A DNA stretch of 64,000 bases, taken from the NCBI RefSeq assembly GCF_013248865.1, contig NZ_JABNNF010000018.1; one strand, written 5' to 3'. This document shows, in pieces, positions 49,180 to 60,759 of the stretch. This DNA comes from Corallococcus exiguus. Its GTDB lineage: Bacteria; Myxococcota; Myxococcia; Myxococcales; Myxococcaceae. The notes beneath the pieces are model-generated. The model ran no database searches. It saw only the letters and a list, made by a program, of their open reading frames with translations, and was not told the origin of the DNA. Every line of letters begins with the position of its first letter. Positions within the stretch are counted from its first letter, which is position 1. The translations under genes and the position numbers were made by a program.

Positions 49180-50709
49180 ATGCTCCCGCGCATGGAGACC
49201 CCCTCGGCGCTCGCGCAGCTTCTCCAGGCCCTGGACGCGGGGGACCTGGAGAAGGCACGGCTCGCGGCCGTGGCGCTGCAACGCGCCAACGCCCACACCC
49301 ATCAGGTCGCCGCGGAGGTCCTCCATGAGCTGCGTCAGCCCCTGCTGGGCGCGAAGGCCTACGCCCAGCTGCTGGCCGAGGAAGGAGGCTCCAGCGGCCC
49401 GCTGAAGCTGCTGCTCGCGCAGGTGGAGCGGATGGAGCAGATCGTCTCCGACTTCATCCGCCTGGCCAGCGAGCGGCCGGCCCCGCAGCAGCGGCTGTCC
49501 CTGGCCGCGCCCATCTGGGCGGCGGCGAAGGTGTTCAGCGTCAACCCGGACTCGGCGCGCATCTCCCTGGAGGTGGAGGCCCCCGAGGACCTCACCATCC
49601 AGGGCAACGCGCGGCTGATTGAGCAGCTCACGCTCAACCTGCTCAACAACGCCCGCGACGCCATGTCCGGCCGGGGCCGCGTGAAGGTGACGCTCACGCG
49701 CGATGGCGCCTCCGCGGCCCTCTACGTGTCCGACTGGGGACCGGGCATCCCGGACGAGCTGAAGACGCGCATCTTCGAACCCTACGTCTCCGCCAGCAAA
49801 CGCGGCACGGGCCTGGGGCTCGCCGTCTGTCGTCGCATCGCGCAGGAGCACCACGCGCAGATTGCCCTGGTGCCGCCCACGACGCTGCGCGAGGTGCCGC
49901 CCCCGGCCACTGTGTTCCGCGTGCTCTTCCCGCCCACGGACGCGCCGCGCCCGCCGCGCAAGCGCCTGCTGGTGGTGGACGACGAGGGCATCATCCGGAT
50001 GGTCTTCAAGGACCTGATGGACAAGGAGTGCGAGGTCATTGAAGCGGCCACGGGCGAGGCCGCGCTCGAAATCCTCCGCTCGTCGCGCGTGGACCTCATC
50101 GTCACGGACAAGAACCTGCCCGGCATCTCCGGCCTGGAGCTGGCCCAGCACGCGCGGAAGCTGGACCCCGCGTCGCGCGTCATCCTGATGACGGGCTACC
50201 CCTCGCTGGTGACGACGCAGCAGGCGCTGCAGCTGGGCGTGGTGGACTACCTGCTCAAGCCCTTCGACGACATCCGCCAGGTGCGCGCGCTGCTGCGGCA
50301 GGCGCTGTACACGCCGGCCGCGCCGCCTGTCCCCGCCCCCAGAGCTGGCGTGCGCCGGGTGGACGTGCTGGAGGACAACCCGGCCACCGCGCGGCTGATT
50401 TCAGAGGCGCTGACGCTGCTGGGCCTGGAGGCGCGCGTCGTCGCGGGCGCGGAGGTGGCCACCATGGAGCCACCCGTGGGCGTGGTGGTGTCGTGGGACT
50501 TCGCGCCGGCCTACGGCAAGAAGGCGCTGGAGCTGGCCCGGGCCCTGAGCCAGGGCGCGCCCTTCGTCGTCCTGGCCGAGCACCTCACCATGGACACGGC
50601 GCTGGCGTCGCTGCGCGCCGGGGCCGCCGCGTGCCTGCCCAAGCTGCTCTCCGACACCTCCGCGCTCAGCCGAGAGCTGGGCCTGGCCTTCAAGAAGACC
50701 GCTTCCTGA
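49180..50709 (+). CDS. Hybrid sensor histidine kinase (HisKA-HATPase, receiver, receiver-like)
   Basis: H-box 'LHELRQPLLGAKAYAQLL'. 'VSDWGPGIPDEL', 'GTGLGLAVCRRI'. Receiver 'LLVVDDEGIIRM...LIVTDKNLPGISG'. Confidence 0.8.
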   Translation: MLPRMETPSALAQLLQALDAGDLEKARLAAVALQRANAHTHQVAAEVLHELRQPLLGAKAYAQLLAEEGGSSGPLKLLLAQVERMEQIVSDFIRLASERPAPQQRLSLAAPIWAAAKVFSVNPDSARISLEVEAPEDLTIQGNARLIEQLTLNLLNNARDAMSGRGRVKVTLTRDGASAALYVSDWGPGIPDELKTRIFEPYVSASKRGTGLGLAVCRRIAQEHHAQIALVPPTTLREVPPPATVFRVLFPPTDAPRPPRKRLLVVDDEGIIRMVFKDLMDKECEVIEAATGEAALEILRSSRVDLIVTDKNLPGISGLELAQHARKLDPASRVILMTGYPSLVTTQQALQLGVVDYLLKPFDDIRQVRALLRQALYTPAAPPVPAPRAGVRRVDVLEDNPATARLISEALTLLGLEARVVAGAEVATMEPPVGVVVSWDFAPAYGKKALELARALSQGAPFVVLAEHLTMDTALASLRAGAAACLPKLLSDTSALSRELGLAFKKTAS

Positions 50710-50717
50710 AAAAGACT

Positions 50718-50760
50718 CCGGCCCCGGGCGCCCCGCTTTCGCGAGGCCCACCGGGGCCGG
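50718..50760. terminator. Hairpin between the convergent histidine kinase and groEL genes
   Basis: 'ccggccccgg-(23 nt)-ccggggccgg', flanked by 'aaaaga' and 'aaac'. Confidence 0.3.
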
Positions 50761-50794
50761 AAACCCTACGAAGCTACGGAGCCGTTACGTCGGC

Positions 50795-52486
<1,692 letters not shown>

Positions 52487-52513
52487 TTAGCACTCGGCCA
52501 TGTCGAGCGCCAA
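52487..52513. promoter_or_regulatory. CIRCE-like HrcA operator upstream of groEL
   Basis: 'TTAGCACTC-ggccatgtc-GAGCGCCAA' against consensus TTAGCACTC-N9-GAGTGCTAA. About 50 bp upstream of the start. Confidence 0.55.
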
Positions 52514-52618
52514 CATAAGGGCCGCATCGACGATGTCAACGGAAAGGGGCAGACGTGTGGGCCTGAGGACGCCTACTGGCCCGCCTGGGTGGGGGGCCCG
52601 GGCCGCCTTGGGAAGGCC

Positions 52619-52975
52619 CTACTCCGCGAAGCGCACGAGGTTGAGCAGCTGCCCCATGTCCAGGGGCTTCTGCAGGGTGATGGCGACGCCCTTGCGCAGG
52701 CCCCGGTCGGAGATGTTGGCGTCCGTGCTGGCGGTCATCATCAGGACGGAGATGCGCTGGAAGCGGGGGTCCGCCTTCAGCATCTCCGTGAAGTGGATGC
52801 CGTCCAGGTGGGGCATCAGGTAGTCGGTGATGACCAGCCCCACGGGGTGACGCTCCATGATGTCCAGGGCCTGGAGCGCGTCCGACGCCGAGAACACGGT
52901 GTAGCCATGCATCTCCAGGTAGCGAGAGAGCATGGTGCACAGCTCGTAATCGTCGTCGACGACCAGGATGTTCAC
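52619..52975 (-). CDS. Single-domain response regulator (CheY-like), GTG start
   Basis: 'ILVVDDDYELCTMLSRYLE...LVITDYLMPHLDG...SVLMMTAS'. Confidence 0.8.
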   Translation of the reverse strand: MNILVVDDDYELCTMLSRYLEMHGYTVFSASDALQALDIMERHPVGLVITDYLMPHLDGIHFTEMLKADPRFQRISVLMMTASTDANISDRGLRKGVAITLQKPLDMGQLLNLVRFAE

Positions 52976-53063
52976 GGGGTTCGGGCCGAAACGGGGCGCT
53001 GGAAGGTAACAGCGACGCCGGTCGTTGACAACGCGAAGGACGGCTTCTTAGCTGCCGGCCCGA

Positions 53064-54137
53064 ATGGCGAAGCGCATGGCGAAGCAAGGGGAGGCGCGAG
53101 GCGTGGACGCGCGGCTGGAGGGGCTCGCTGACGCCTTCGAGGCGCGGGACTTCGAGGCCGCGCTCACCAGCGCCGACGCCCTGCTCCGGGACGTTCCGGA
53201 CTCACCAGAAGCCCTGCACTACCGGGCCGCCGCGCTGGTGGAGGTGGGACGCCTGGAGGACGCGGGCAAGGCCTATGGCGCCGCCCTCAAGCTGGCCCCG
53301 GAAGACCTGGAGATCCTTTTCGGCGCGGCGGAATTCCTCGTGTGCCGTACCGGCGAGGACCGCGAGGCGGTGGAGGAAGGGCTGGAGTGGTGCGGCCGCG
53401 GGCGGAAGCTGGCGCAGCGGGCCGATGACGTGGAGCTCGTCTACGAGTTCCTCCTCCTGGAGGGCATGGGCCTCAACCAGCTGGGGGAATGTGAGTCCGC
53501 GCTGAAAATCCTGGACCAGGCGCTGGCGCACATGCCGCGCTCGACGGACGCGCAGCTGGAGCGGGGCATCGCGCTCTTCGAGTTGTGCCGCTTCGCGCCC
53601 GCGCAGGAGTCCTTCGAGCGGGTGTTGAAGGACGCGCCGGACGAGGCCTGGGCGCACCACTACCTGGGGCTGGTCGCGGAGCGGCGCCAGGATGCGAAGG
53701 AGGCGAAGAAGCGCTTCTCCCGGGCGCAGGCGCTGGCCCCGGAAGAGCTGCCGCCGCCGGTGGCCCTGGAGGAGGCGGCGTTCGACCGCGCGGTGGAGGA
53801 CGCGATGCGCGCCCTGCCCTCCCAGGTGAAGCAGTACATGGACAACGTGACGCTGGCGGTGGAGGACCTGCCGTCGGATGAGGACCTGCTGGGTCAGCAG
53901 CCGCCGCTGTCGCCGTGCATCCTGGGGGTGTTCCGGGGCACGCCCGTGGGCGAGCGCAGCGTGATGGACGCGGCGGATCACTTCCCGCCCTCCATCGTGC
54001 TGTACCAGAAGAACCTGGAGCGCTTCGCGCGGACCCGCGAGGAACTCATCGAACAGATTGGCATCACGGTGATGCACGAAGTCGGTCACTTGATGGGTCT
54101 GGATGAAGACGACCTGTGGGAGCGGGGGCTGGACTAG
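53064..54137 (+). CDS. TPR-repeat protein with C-terminal zincin-like metallopeptidase domain
   Basis: TPR-like helices. C-terminal 'ITVMHEVGHLMGLDEDDL'. Confidence 0.55.
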   Translation: MAKRMAKQGEARGVDARLEGLADAFEARDFEAALTSADALLRDVPDSPEALHYRAAALVEVGRLEDAGKAYGAALKLAPEDLEILFGAAEFLVCRTGEDREAVEEGLEWCGRGRKLAQRADDVELVYEFLLLEGMGLNQLGECESALKILDQALAHMPRSTDAQLERGIALFELCRFAPAQESFERVLKDAPDEAWAHHYLGLVAERRQDAKEAKKRFSRAQALAPEELPPPVALEEAAFDRAVEDAMRALPSQVKQYMDNVTLAVEDLPSDEDLLGQQPPLSPCILGVFRGTPVGERSVMDAADHFPPSIVLYQKNLERFARTREELIEQIGITVMHEVGHLMGLDEDDLWERGLD

Positions 54138-54157
54138 CGCCGTTCTCCCCTGCCCTG

Positions 54158-54460
54158 ATGCGCGCCATGCATGCATGGACGAAGCTGGGGCTGATGGTGG
54201 TGCTGGGTCTGACGGGCTGTCTGGGCGACGACGAAGAAGAGCCGCGCACGTGTCCGCAGGTGGTGGTGTTCGCGCGCTCGGACAGCGAGACGTGCAAGTC
54301 CTTCCCGACGCCGTGTGACGTGCCGGAGGGGTACGTCGAGTGCTGCGGCGGCCTCTTCGGAGGCTGCGCGGGGAACGTGTCCGGGAACACCTGCGTGGAT
54401 GATCCGTCCGACACGTGCCAGCCCGGGGGCAGCGCGGACTGCCCGGGCATCTGCCAGTAG
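54158..54460 (+). CDS. Small Cys-rich lipoprotein
   Basis: 'LGLMVVLGLTGC' lipobox, then about 12 Cys. Confidence 0.45.
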   Translation: MRAMHAWTKLGLMVVLGLTGCLGDDEEEPRTCPQVVVFARSDSETCKSFPTPCDVPEGYVECCGGLFGGCAGNVSGNTCVDDPSDTCQPGGSADCPGICQ

Positions 54461-54463
54461 GCG

Positions 54464-56863
54464 TCAGGCGGCGCGCGAGCCCTTGTCCTCGAAGTAGGCG
54501 CGGCGGGCGCGGGCGCAGGTGGGGCACTGCCACTGCACCAGGGTGAGGTGGCGGTCGCCCAGGACGACGGCCTCGTGGCGGAGCGAGTCCCGTGGGGCCT
54601 CGCTGGTGGTGCCACAGGCGCAGCGCAGCCGGCCCAGCGTGGAGAGCAGCTCCTGGGGGCTGGCGATGGGGATGGCGGTTCCTGCGCTGTCGCCCCGATG
54701 GTCCGCGTCGAACTTGCGTGCGAAGGCCCGGCGCCGGCCCCACGCGCGGCCCTTGCGCCAGAGCGCCACCGGGCCGCCCTGCGCGATGACGAACCACAGC
54801 ACGAGGCACGTCGCGATGACGCCCAGGAGGATGGCACCCGCCTCGCCGGACGGAACGGATGAGGCCTGGTCGCGGGCGGCCCGGCTCCTGAGTTGGATGG
54901 CGTAGCCGCGCTGGGCCTCGGTGGCGCGCACGGCCTTCACGTACTCGGCGATGCGCTCGGGCGGGACCGAGTCCGCGGTGCTGCGATAGCTGTAGTCGAG
55001 CAGCAGCGTCTTGCCTTCGGCGCGGGTGTCGGCCACGAAGCGGAAGGCCGGACCGTCCACGACCTCGTACTCCGTTTTGACAGGGGGCAGCTCGCCGGCC
55101 TTCAGCGTGATGCGGTGGCGGGCGAAGACGGGGTGCTCCACCTCCAGCGGGAAGGCGCGGTGGGAGTAGTTCGGCACGGCGAGGTACTGGCGCAGGCCAT
55201 GCGCGCGGAACTCCCGGCGACCGTCCGAGGTCCAGAAGTCCTCGATGCGGTAGTGCTCCTGCGTGACGAGCACGTTCGTCACGGTGTCGTCGTCCACCGA
55301 CATGGGCTTCGCGATGGAGATGTCCGCGTCCGTCTTCGCGTAGTAGTTGAAGTAGAGGCGGGACACCTCGGACAGGGACGTGCCCGCGAGCGCGCGGCGC
55401 ATGGAGTTGGCGGCCGCCCCCGTGCGAGTGGTGACGACGTCGAGTGTCGCGGCCCCGTCGCGGCCCTTCGCGACGTACGTCTCGTCCACGAAGATGGAGG
55501 GCTCCGTCAGCATGGGCGTGGGGATGACGGAGAGCGCCGTGGTGGTGGGGGCGACGAGGAGGGCCCGGCCGTAGGAGGGCGGCTCGTAGCTGTCGAGCCC
55601 GCCGCGCTCCAGCGCCGCCGTGGGATCCACCCACAGCTCGCGGCCGGCCACGGTGGCGTGGACGATGACGTGGTTGAACGCGGTGGAGGTGGGACGCAAG
55701 CCGTCCAGCAGCTGCGTGAGGTCCGTGCTCACGAGCGCCGGCTGCGCGTCGATGCCCAGTCCCTTGAGGAGCGATACCAAGAGGAGCGACTTGTCCTTGC
55801 AGTCGCCGAAGCGGCGCTGGAGGACCTCGTCGGGGGGATGGGGCTGGTGGGAGTTGGGACCCATCTCGATGCCCAGGTAGCGCACCTCGTCCTGGACGAA
55901 GCGAAGCGCGGCGAGGAAGCGCGCCTCCGGGGTGGGCTCCTTCGACAGCCGGCGGACCTCCTGCTCCAGCGACTTCGAGCGGGCGGGCACCTGGAACAGC
56001 GTGGAGGCCCAGCGCGCGACGTCGTTCCAGTCCTTGTATTCGCTGAACTGGATCCACGGGTAGACGGGCTGCCAGCCGGGGACGTTGTCCTCGTGGCGGA
56101 CCGCGGGCACGTGGTGGCGCTCCAGGATGATTTCACGCTCGCCGTTCAGCATCGACTCCGAGCGCGACAGGCCCGGCGCGGCGAAGTCCCGGATGAGGAG
56201 CGTGCGCCCCCGCTCTTCCGGCCACAGCAGCCGGTAGGCGAAGTGGACCACGGGATAGGAATGGCCCACGCCGACGACGTCGGAGAAGCGTCCGCCAAAG
56301 ACGGGGTTGGCGCCTTCGAAGGAGTACGCGACCTCCACGGTGTCGCCCACGCGCACGTCGCGGAGGAAGGGCACCACGGAGAGGTTGCCGTTGTAGAGCC
56401 GGTTCTGGAGCTCGGTCTCCTGCTGGATGACGCGGGCCTCGGCGGGCTGGAAGACGTCCTCGCGGCGGCCGTCGCGGATGCGCCAGATGCCGTGGACGGT
56501 GAGCTTCTGGTACGTCGGATCAAAGCGGAACTGGATGTCCGTGACGTGGTCGATGCCCCGCGGCGAGAGGACCTTCTGGGCCGAGTGCAGGTAGTGCACG
56601 CGCGATGGGCCGGACACGCGCACCTGTTCCTCGATCAGCAGCCGGGAGACGCTGGTCTCCTCCTCGCCCTCAGGCGTCGGGCCGGGGTCTGGAGGAATGG
56701 GAAGCGGCTTCACCCACGCGGCGGGAGGCCCAACGCGGAACGGCCTGGCGTTCGTCGCCGCCGGTGCTGCCCCCGCGCTCAAGGACAGACACAGACACAG
56801 CAGCAGGATGGACACCGGAAGGAAGCCCGGTGCCAGGAGGACGGAACGGAAGGTTCGGCGCAT
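54464..56863 (-). CDS. DUF3857-like/transglutaminase-like protein with C-terminal TM helix and cytoplasmic zinc ribbon
   Basis: Signal peptide. 'RRFGDCKDKSLLLVSLLKGLGIDAQPALVS' (transglutaminase-like Cys). TM 'AILLGVIATCLVLWFVIA'. 'CACGT...QWQCPTC'. Confidence 0.6.
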   Translation of the reverse strand: MRRTFRSVLLAPGFLPVSILLLCLCLSLSAGAAPAATNARPFRVGPPAAWVKPLPIPPDPGPTPEGEEETSVSRLLIEEQVRVSGPSRVHYLHSAQKVLSPRGIDHVTDIQFRFDPTYQKLTVHGIWRIRDGRREDVFQPAEARVIQQETELQNRLYNGNLSVVPFLRDVRVGDTVEVAYSFEGANPVFGGRFSDVVGVGHSYPVVHFAYRLLWPEERGRTLLIRDFAAPGLSRSESMLNGEREIILERHHVPAVRHEDNVPGWQPVYPWIQFSEYKDWNDVARWASTLFQVPARSKSLEQEVRRLSKEPTPEARFLAALRFVQDEVRYLGIEMGPNSHQPHPPDEVLQRRFGDCKDKSLLLVSLLKGLGIDAQPALVSTDLTQLLDGLRPTSTAFNHVIVHATVAGRELWVDPTAALERGGLDSYEPPSYGRALLVAPTTTALSVIPTPMLTEPSIFVDETYVAKGRDGAATLDVVTTRTGAAANSMRRALAGTSLSEVSRLYFNYYAKTDADISIAKPMSVDDDTVTNVLVTQEHYRIEDFWTSDGRREFRAHGLRQYLAVPNYSHRAFPLEVEHPVFARHRITLKAGELPPVKTEYEVVDGPAFRFVADTRAEGKTLLLDYSYRSTADSVPPERIAEYVKAVRATEAQRGYAIQLRSRAARDQASSVPSGEAGAILLGVIATCLVLWFVIAQGGPVALWRKGRAWGRRRAFARKFDADHRGDSAGTAIPIASPQELLSTLGRLRCACGTTSEAPRDSLRHEAVVLGDRHLTLVQWQCPTCARARRAYFEDKGSRAA

Positions 56864-57041
56864 GGCGGAAGGGCGCACATCATGGAGCCCGGATGACGCG
56901 CCGGGCAAGGCGCCCCCTGGGACACCTGGCGCGCGGCCCCGCTTCATTCACCAGTGAAAACCGCCATGCAGGCCAAGCCTGGAATTGCCGTGACACGGGC
57001 TAGGGTTCCGGCCATCGGTTGGAAGGCCCAGGAGGCTGGCG

Positions 57042-58007
57042 ATGGTCAACGTGAGGCAGGTCGCGACGCGGCTGAAGAGTGCGTTCCTGGCGGACCCGGA
57101 GCGCTTCTATACGAACGAGACAGGGGCCTGGGTGGCGGGGATGCCGGCACCGAGCGACATCCGGGTGACGACGGGCCGTGAGCCCTTCTGGATCAACCTG
57201 GGCTACTGGAAGCACGTGGAGAAGGTGGACGACTCCAACGTGGAGCGCGTGGGGGAGCTGTTCCGGTCCGCGCAGGCGGAGATGGCGCGCCTGTTGGCGA
57301 GGACGGCGAAGCTGGGGCCTGGGGATGCCGTCTTGGACTGCGGCTTCGGGTACGCGGACCAGGACCTGCTGTGGGCGGAGGAGTTCAAGCCCGCGAGCAT
57401 CGTCGGGGTGAACATCACGCCGAACCAGGTGAAGGTGGGCCGGGAGCGCGTGAAGCTGACGGGGCTGGAGGGTGTGGTCCGGCTGGAGGTGGGGAGCGCG
57501 ACGGCGCTGCCGGGGGCGGGAGCGTTCGATGTGGTGTTCGCGCTGGAGTCCGCGATGCACTTCCGGATGCGGCAGGACTTCCTGCGCGAGGCCTTCCGAG
57601 TGCTGAAGCCGGGAGGCCGGCTGGTGATGGCGGACATGGCGCAGAAGACGGACCGTGAGGCTGGAGCAGGACTCCGAGCACGGCTGCGCTACCGCTACTG
57701 GCGGGGGCTGATTGCCTTCCCGGAGGAGAACGTCTGGTCGACGGAGCGCTACCGGGAGGAGCTGCGGCGGGCGGGGTTCCAGGACGTGAAGGTGGAGTCC
57801 ATCGCGGAGGATGTGTACCCGGCGGTGAACACGGCGCTGGTGGCGCTGCGGGGCATGACGCAGCTGGAACGCAATCCAGGGAGCACGTCCCTGCACCAGG
57901 TGCGCGCGGACGTGCACAAGGCGATGCGGATGACACCGGAGCAACTCCAGTGGCCCGCGCTGTTCAACTGCGATGAGTACGCCGTGGTGTCCGCGCGCAA
58001 GCCGTGA
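57042..58007 (+). CDS. Class I SAM-dependent methyltransferase
   Basis: 'AVLDCGFGYADQDL', 'LKPGGRLVMAD'. Confidence 0.7.
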   Translation: MVNVRQVATRLKSAFLADPERFYTNETGAWVAGMPAPSDIRVTTGREPFWINLGYWKHVEKVDDSNVERVGELFRSAQAEMARLLARTAKLGPGDAVLDCGFGYADQDLLWAEEFKPASIVGVNITPNQVKVGRERVKLTGLEGVVRLEVGSATALPGAGAFDVVFALESAMHFRMRQDFLREAFRVLKPGGRLVMADMAQKTDREAGAGLRARLRYRYWRGLIAFPEENVWSTERYREELRRAGFQDVKVESIAEDVYPAVNTALVALRGMTQLERNPGSTSLHQVRADVHKAMRMTPEQLQWPALFNCDEYAVVSARKP

Positions 58008-58050
58008 CGGTGGTTGACGGACTGGGGCGGAGCGGCGGTAATCGGAAGCG

Positions 58051-58148
58051 GTAGGGCCTCCGGACCTGGTGGCCGGCCCGGTCTTCAAAACCGGTGAGGG
58101 GCGCCGAAAGGCGTCCCTGGCGAGTTCGATTCCCGTGCCCTACCGCCA
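58051..58148 (+). tRNA. selC: tRNA, probably tRNA-Sec (anticodon UCA), 98 nt with long variable arm
   Basis: 8-bp acceptor 'ggtagggc/gccctacc'. Anticodon arm 'ccggt-cTTCAaa-accgg'. Extra arm 'aggggcgcc-gaaa-ggcgtccct'. T-loop 'gTTCGATTc'. 3' CCA encoded. Confidence 0.55.
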
Positions 58149-58323
58149 CCTTCCAGTCCTTGACCTACCCGCGGCCCGCTCTGGACTTTCCAGAACGGGC
58201 CGTGGTGCTTCGACGTCATGTCATGGCTCAACAGGAGCAGTCATGGAGCAGCTGTAGCCATGGCTGGTCATGGGGAGTGGGTGGGAACGGCGCGTTGAAG
58301 ACAGCCGGCGTTGAATGCTGGCG

Positions 58324-60132
58324 TCATCCCTCCGCGTGGCGTAATCCCTTCGCGCCCTCCTGCACGCATGCTCGGTTCACGAAGACGCGGAATCCCCCGC
58401 GTGCGCCCTCCGGCAACTCCGCGCTCAAGTCCAAGGCCTGCAGCGCGATGTCCCGCTCCATTTGCACGAGCCGGGGGTCTTCACGCTCCTCCGGGCCGAA
58501 GACGAAGGCGCAGTACTCGCCGGACGCGATGCTCGCCACGAGCGTCTCCGGCCGGAGCTCCGTGTAGAAGGACTGCCAGTAGCGACCATTGCGAAACAGG
58601 TAGAGCTGAAGAACCTTGTACCGGGGCGAGATGAAGCTCTCATGCCCGGGCGGCAGTGGTTCCAAATAGGGGCGAAGGATCTCCGCGATCTCCTTGTACG
58701 GTGGTTGAGGCGCAGTGAGCTCGTACGCCCCGAAACCAGCCAGTGACAGCGCGGAGAGGCCACCGATGAGCGCCGTCGCTCGCGCGCGCTCGAGGCGAGC
58801 CGCCGCATACGCCAGGAGCCAGGCGCCCCCCACCCCGAGCGCGTGCGCGCCAACATAGACAAGCGTGATGTCATCGCGCTTCAGCCCCCGAGCATGAGCC
58901 GCCCCGATGAGGAGCACTGCCGCGACCGAGAAGAAGCCCGCTACCCTGAGGGCTCGACGGGCCGGTGCCCCCCGTGGATTGAGGATGCCCTCCCTGTCAA
59001 AGAGCGCCGAAGCACCAAGCCCGGCCAGGCCATAGAGGAATGGCAAGACGCCCAGGATGTAGAGCGACTCCTTGATGGCGGGGAGCGAGAGGGGAACCAG
59101 GCTTGCGAGCCCGAAGCCGATGGCGCCGAAGAGCCCGGCCGCGGTCGGCGCACGCCGCTTCAAGGCGGGGAGCGCAGCCAGAAGGAGGGGGCAGAGGAAG
59201 AAATGCTCCCGATAGAGGATCGCCGGGTAGTACCAGAAGGGATGACTCCATTCCGTGGGCACGCCCGCCCCAGCCAGCTTCGACCCTCCGATGCTCTGCC
59301 CCAGGAAGGGTGCGAAGTAGACCTGGGTGAGCCAGAGGGCGACATCCGTGGGTGACCGCAGAGCAACGAAGGCGAGGTGGAGGGACGCCGTGGCAAGAAA
59401 GCCGACGGTGATGCAGGCGACAGGAACCAGCGCCAATTGACGCCGCTGGAGACGCACGATGGCAAGGAGCCCTAGCGAAGCCAGCACGAAGGGGGTGACG
59501 AGCCACAGCTTCGTCAAGAAGCCAAGGCCGAGGCATGCGCCACCCAGCAGGGAGTGCCAATTCCTCCCGGTGAGCTCTCCTCGCGCAATCCAGTACGTGC
59601 CCGCCATGCCCCAGGCCACGAGGACAGGCTCGGCCTCCATCAGCCGGAATTGCCACAGGACGGTAGGAGAGAGCGCGAGCAGGAGCGTCGTCAGGAGCGC
59701 CGCACGACGCTCCCACAGGGCGACGAGCCGGTAGGTGAAGCAGAGGGTGGCGGCCAGCGCCGCGAATGAGACGAGCCCCATGGCTTCGGGCCGGCCGCCC
59801 AGGGGACAGCCTCCGAGTGCGAGGAGCACCGAGTGAAATGGAGTGTTGCCGATGCCTGGCAGATCGAAGCCAACCCAATCCTCCGAGCCGCCAGGGATGT
59901 ACGAGGGCCGCACCACGAGCGCCAGCGAACGGCACATGTTGAGGGCCATCGTGCCATTGACGCCCTCGTCACCTGCTTCGATACGCTTGAAGACGACGCC
60001 GCGCGCGAAGGCCAGGGCAAGGGAGGCAATGACCACCACACGGACGACGAAGCGCAGGCGATTGTCGTCATCACGCCGCGGCCCAAGCGGCTGGACGGGG
60101 GGAAACCACGAGCCTGGCCAGAGAAGTCTCAT
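58324..60132 (-). CDS. GT39/ArnT-PMT-like integral-membrane glycosyltransferase with C-terminal soluble domain
   Basis: Many TM helices. N-terminal loop 'EAGDEGVNG'. Pattern resembles PMT_2 family. Start at 'MRLLWPG' is inferred. Confidence 0.55.
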   Translation of the reverse strand: MRLLWPGSWFPPVQPLGPRRDDDNRLRFVVRVVVIASLALAFARGVVFKRIEAGDEGVNGTMALNMCRSLALVVRPSYIPGGSEDWVGFDLPGIGNTPFHSVLLALGGCPLGGRPEAMGLVSFAALAATLCFTYRLVALWERRAALLTTLLLALSPTVLWQFRLMEAEPVLVAWGMAGTYWIARGELTGRNWHSLLGGACLGLGFLTKLWLVTPFVLASLGLLAIVRLQRRQLALVPVACITVGFLATASLHLAFVALRSPTDVALWLTQVYFAPFLGQSIGGSKLAGAGVPTEWSHPFWYYPAILYREHFFLCPLLLAALPALKRRAPTAAGLFGAIGFGLASLVPLSLPAIKESLYILGVLPFLYGLAGLGASALFDREGILNPRGAPARRALRVAGFFSVAAVLLIGAAHARGLKRDDITLVYVGAHALGVGGAWLLAYAAARLERARATALIGGLSALSLAGFGAYELTAPQPPYKEIAEILRPYLEPLPPGHESFISPRYKVLQLYLFRNGRYWQSFYTELRPETLVASIASGEYCAFVFGPEEREDPRLVQMERDIALQALDLSAELPEGARGGFRVFVNRACVQEGAKGLRHAEG

Positions 60133-60476
60133 TTCCGCCAGGCCCGGGGCAGGTGGGCACGAGAGTGGAGCCAGTCCTTGCACCCCCCTACCCTCGCGGT
60201 CGGACTGAGCTGCGCCTTCAGAATCCTGCCGAGCAGCCTCAGCGTCCGCAGCAGCGGCTCCTTCGACTTGTCCTGGTGCGTCTTCTGAGCGGGCGTGCGC
60301 TTCCGGGTCGCGTCAACCGGCTCCTCCAGGCCCACGTAGGCGCACGCGAAGCGCTCCGGTGCGAGGAACTCGCCCAGCCACCGTCGCTCCTCGCGCGGAA
60401 ACCAGGCGGCGAAGAGGACCCGCATCTTCACGGGCTCCCTCGCTCCATCCTTGAAGGGACCCATGAAAGAAGGCAC
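60129..60476 (-). CDS. Hypothetical protein immediately upstream of and abutting the GT39 gene
   Basis: ORF only. Its stop abuts the GT39 start. Confidence 0.3.
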   Translation of the reverse strand: MPSFMGPFKDGAREPVKMRVLFAAWFPREERRWLGEFLAPERFACAYVGLEEPVDATRKRTPAQKTHQDKSKEPLLRTLRLLGRILKAQLSPTARVGGCKDWLHSRAHLPRAWRK

Positions 60477-60759
60477 GAGCCTGACCGAGCAATTGCCGTT
60501 CCAGCCAGCGGCAGCTCAATCCGGGCCTTCGAGTCCTGCTCGTCCGTTTCGGGGACGGCCCCTCATTTCGACCCTGGACAGCCGAGACGGGCGGCCCTCT
60601 TGAGGGAGCGAGCCATCCTCGATGGACTCTCAATCCGAGACAGCCTGACGTCCCAGCATGAGACAGCAGGGACAATCAGCCGGCGGTGAGGCCGTGAAGC
60701 ATGGAGCACGATACCTGCATGGAGGCACAGGCAGCAGGAAGCACGTGGGACACATGTGA

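Noticed and set aside
53202-56057. 951-aa minus-strand ORF
   Set aside because: Overlaps the TPR-zincin gene and the lipoprotein gene on the opposite strand, and is out of frame with the transglutaminase-like gene. Arg/Pro/Gly-rich noise.
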